Positions 45,975-48,784 of a stretch of 48,784 bases of DNA are shown piece after piece; positions within the stretch are counted from its first letter, which is position 1, and the number at the start of each line of letters is the position of its first letter. Position numbers and translations under genes: made by a program. Source of the stretch: Candidatus Woesearchaeota archaeon (lineage in GTDB: Archaea > Nanobdellota > Nanobdellia > Pacearchaeales > GW2011-AR1); NCBI GenBank assembly GCA_964467035.1, contig CAYXNX010000006.1:1-48784 (forward strand), given 5' to 3'. The notes under the pieces are model-generated. The model was given only the letters and a program-made list of their open reading frames with translations. It searched no databases and had not been told where the DNA came from.

Positions 45975-47003
45975 ATGCTTGATGAAAAAACACTAAAACA
46001 ATTTGTTGCAATTGGTTTTATAACTGTGGTTTTGCTATTATCTTTTTTAATTTTAAAACCCATTGCAATGGCGATTTTGTTCGGTTTAATTCTTGCATAT
46101 GTTTTTTATCCTTTCTATAAATTATTTTTAAAATTCATTAAAAATGAAAACATAACTGCTATTTTAATTTGTATTTTGGTTTTAGTTATGTTGTTTTTAT
46201 CAGTATGGTTTTTAGTTCCTCTTTTAGCAAATCAGGTTTTTGATGCTTTTAGTTTAATTCAATCTTGGGATATTACTGGAACTGCAAAAAAATTCTTTCC
46301 ATTCCTATTTAACAATCCAAAAGTTGCATCAAATTTCGAAGCAGCATTAACAAATTTTGTATCTTCCTCTGCAAATTCTATTATGGGGAATTTAACAGAT
46401 ATTATTTTGAATTTACCATTTTTATTATTGCATTCTTTAGTTGTTTTAATTGTATTTTTTTATACTCTGAGAGATGGAGATAAAATATTGGATATTTTGA
46501 GAGAACTAACTCCTTTTAGCAAATCAATAACTAATAAATTTATTCGAAAATCAAGTGATGTAACTTTTTCAGTTGTTTTCGGAAGAGTTGTTATTGGAAT
46601 CATTGTGGGACTTTTAACCGGATTTGGTTTTTTCCTTGCAGGAATCCCCAATTCTTTTTTATTAACCTTTATTGCAATTATAGTTTCAATAATACCTATT
46701 ATTGGTCCTTGGTTAGTTTGGATACCTGTTACAATTGGTTTAATAATTGCAAATCAAACATTGGTAGCAATTCTTTTGTTAATTTATAATGGAATATTTA
46801 TTTATTTATTGGATAATGTTCTACATGTTTTGATTGTTTCAAAGAGAGCTAAAGTTTCAATTGCACTTACTTTTGTTGGTTTGATGGGAGGTATCTTTGT
46901 TTTTGGAATTTTTGGAATTATTTTAGGTCCTTTAATAATGGCATACTTAGAAGTTTTATATGAAATTTATAGAGATTATAGACTAAAGAAAGAGGTTAAA
47001 TGA
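45975..47003 (+). CDS. AI-2E family transporter
   Basis: FFYTLRDG, IPIIGP.LVWIP and GGIFVFGIFGIILGP motifs. Confidence 0.9.
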   Translation: MLDEKTLKQFVAIGFITVVLLLSFLILKPIAMAILFGLILAYVFYPFYKLFLKFIKNENITAILICILVLVMLFLSVWFLVPLLANQVFDAFSLIQSWDITGTAKKFFPFLFNNPKVASNFEAALTNFVSSSANSIMGNLTDIILNLPFLLLHSLVVLIVFFYTLRDGDKILDILRELTPFSKSITNKFIRKSSDVTFSVVFGRVVIGIIVGLLTGFGFFLAGIPNSFLLTFIAIIVSIIPIIGPWLVWIPVTIGLIIANQTLVAILLLIYNGIFIYLLDNVLHVLIVSKRAKVSIALTFVGLMGGIFVFGIFGIILGPLIMAYLEVLYEIYRDYRLKKEVK

Positions 47004-48478
47004 AACTAAGAGTTAAATGTTCAGAGTGGTCTACTGGTAGGCCTATAGTAATTTTGAACGAAAAAACAGCTCAAGAATTGGGAGCACATGTAGATGATAG
47101 AATAGTAATTAAATCTAAGGCCGGTTCAATAATAGCTTTATTGGATGTCTCTTCGAAATTTGCAAATCAAAATCAAATTGTCGTTTCCAAAGAAGTTATT
47201 GAACATCTTGCTTTAAAAAATAAACAAGAGGTATATGTTGATTTAGCAAAAAATCCTCGAGTAACCAATGCAATAAACAAAAAACTCAAATGCAAGGAAC
47301 TTACAAAAAAAGAAATTTACAAAATTATAAAATCAATTTCACATAATGCTTTATCTGATATTGAAATCGCGTTTTTTATTTCAGCAACTTATCAATGCGG
47401 AATGACCTTCAAGGAATTGGTTTATTTGACAGAATCAATATATAAAACTGGAAAAAAACTTGGTTTGAAAAATAAATTAATTGTAGATAAACATTCTATT
47501 GGGGGCATTGCAGGAAACAGAACAACTCCGTTAGTTGTTTCAATTTGTGCAGCACAGGGTTTAGTATTCCCAAAAACATCTTCAAAAGCAATAACTTCTG
47601 CAGCAGGAACAGCAGACACTATGGAAGCAATTTGTAAGATTGATTTTGAAAAAGAGGAATTGCTGAAAATTATAAGAAAAACAAATGCTTGTCTTGCTTG
47701 GGGAGGTAATTTGGGATTTGCTCCAGCAGATGATAAAATAATTAGGGTTGAAAAAATAATCCAAATAGATCCAGAATCAAATTTGCTTGCATCAATTATT
47801 GCAAAAAAACTTGCTGCAGGAAGCACCCATATTTTAATTGATATCCCTTATGGAGAATTTGCTAAAGTTTCATATAAAGAAGCCAAAGAATTAAGAAAAA
47901 AATTTGAAAAAGTTGCAAATAAATTTGGTATAAAAATAAAATGTGTTTTAACAAAAGGTAATCAACCCATTGGAAAGGGTATAGGCCCGGTTATGGAGTT
48001 AAGGGATATTTTAGATATTTTAAAGGGAGATGGGCCAGTTGATTTAAGGGATAAGTCTTTATTCTTAGCAGGAAAAATTTTTGAGTTAACCGGCAGGGTA
48101 AAAAAAGGAAAAGGAAGGATATTAGCAAAAGAAATTCTTAATTCTGGAAAGGCATTGGAAAAATTTGAGGAAATAATTAAAGCCCAGGGAGGAAAACCAA
48201 GGAAGTTTAGTAGCAATTTAAGATTAGCTAAATTTCATTATTCTTTTTCAGTCAAAAAATCAGGAACAGTAAAAAAAATCAATAATCAAAAAATAAATCT
48301 TTTAGCAAGATTGGCTGGAAGTCCTAAGGATAAAAGAGCAGGACTTTATATCCATAAACATCCTGGAGAAAGAATCAAAAAAGGAGAAAAACTAATTACA
48401 ATCCACTCCTCCTCTAAAAATAGGTTAAGCGATGCAAAACTATTTTTCAAAGAAGAAAACATTTTTTCAATCCAATAG
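47000..48478 (+). CDS. AMP phosphorylase (thymidine phosphorylase family)
   Basis: N-terminal beta-barrel extension; DKHSIGG, KTSSKAITSAAGTAD, APADD and IIKAQGG motifs. Confidence 0.92.
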   Translation: MKLRVKCSEWSTGRPIVILNEKTAQELGAHVDDRIVIKSKAGSIIALLDVSSKFANQNQIVVSKEVIEHLALKNKQEVYVDLAKNPRVTNAINKKLKCKELTKKEIYKIIKSISHNALSDIEIAFFISATYQCGMTFKELVYLTESIYKTGKKLGLKNKLIVDKHSIGGIAGNRTTPLVVSICAAQGLVFPKTSSKAITSAAGTADTMEAICKIDFEKEELLKIIRKTNACLAWGGNLGFAPADDKIIRVEKIIQIDPESNLLASIIAKKLAAGSTHILIDIPYGEFAKVSYKEAKELRKKFEKVANKFGIKIKCVLTKGNQPIGKGIGPVMELRDILDILKGDGPVDLRDKSLFLAGKIFELTGRVKKGKGRILAKEILNSGKALEKFEEIIKAQGGKPRKFSSNLRLAKFHYSFSVKKSGTVKKINNQKINLLARLAGSPKDKRAGLYIHKHPGERIKKGEKLITIHSSSKNRLSDAKLFFKEENIFSIQ

Positions 48479-48634
48479 TTTCCACAAAGGTCCTAAATTT
48501 TTAATCAACTCTAACTTCTTGGACAAATTTCTCGCTTTTAATAAATCAAAGAATGTCTAAAATTTTATATTCTTAATTTGGGTATTTTTTTATTAATAAT
48601 TTGCAATATCTTTGTTCTAAATGCTTTTAGTAAG

Positions 48635-48784
48635 ATAAAACCGCCACCGCCCGGAATCGAATCGTGCTAGGAAATTCTTGAAACGCACTAGTTCGCTTCC
48701 TCCCATAAAATAAAATAAAACCGCCACCGCCCGGAATCGAATCGTGCTAGGAAATTCTTGAAACGCACTAGTTCGCTTCCTCCC
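48635..48784 (-). repeat. 80-bp tandem repeat carrying a tRNA 3'-end copy (runs off the window end)
   Basis: Identical units at 48641 and 48721; the minus strand reads TTCGATT-CCGGG-CGGTGGC-G (T-loop, T-stem, acceptor strand, discriminator G, Asn-like) followed by a T-rich tract. Confidence 0.88.

Noticed and set aside
1602-48216. Numerous short antisense or overlapping ORFs in the track (e.g. 6033..6386, 23565..23948, 38142..38528, 39245..39673, 47422..47826)
   Set aside because: Shadow frames of well-supported genes, rich in Phe/Leu/Ser, with no motifs
48490-48520. AACTCTAAC/TTTTTAA resemblance to the window-start hairpin
   Set aside because: Only a 9-nt match in AT-rich DNA and it does not form the hairpin; likely chance

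Overview
AT-rich archaeal DNA, most consistent with a DPANN genome (Pacearchaeota/Woesearchaeota-like; inferred from gene content, archaeal ribosomal proteins, AMP phosphorylase plus ribose-1,5-bisphosphate isomerase, and a CxDSD/LamG surface protein). From left to right: tRNA-Gly(TCC), secF-secD, then a ~23 kb surface-glycosylation region (cysQ, flippase, four sulfotransferase genes or remnants, methyltransferases, GT2/GT4/GT8/GT26/GT-D/HtrL-like enzymes, aglB, aglH, GDP-Man epimerase) containing an AbiE toxin-antitoxin pair and several decayed genes. After that come R15P isomerase, prefoldin alpha, DUF106, the S10-spc ribosomal superoperon (rpl3 to secY, no rpp29, with an unannotated rubredoxin-like gene inserted), an AI-2E transporter and AMP phosphorylase. 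The most unusual signal is non-coding. At three different tRNA loci (window start, tRNA-Gly, window end) a short structured insert is followed by a copy of a tRNA 3' end. Two of these are tandemly amplified (84 and 80 bp periods), and two share a covarying hairpin GGTT(A/G)GA-TTTTTAA-TC(T/C)AGCC. Three accessory cassettes are each bracketed by direct repeats (28, 151 and 166 bp) with no recombinase in the window. Assembly artefacts cannot be excluded for the exact duplications.
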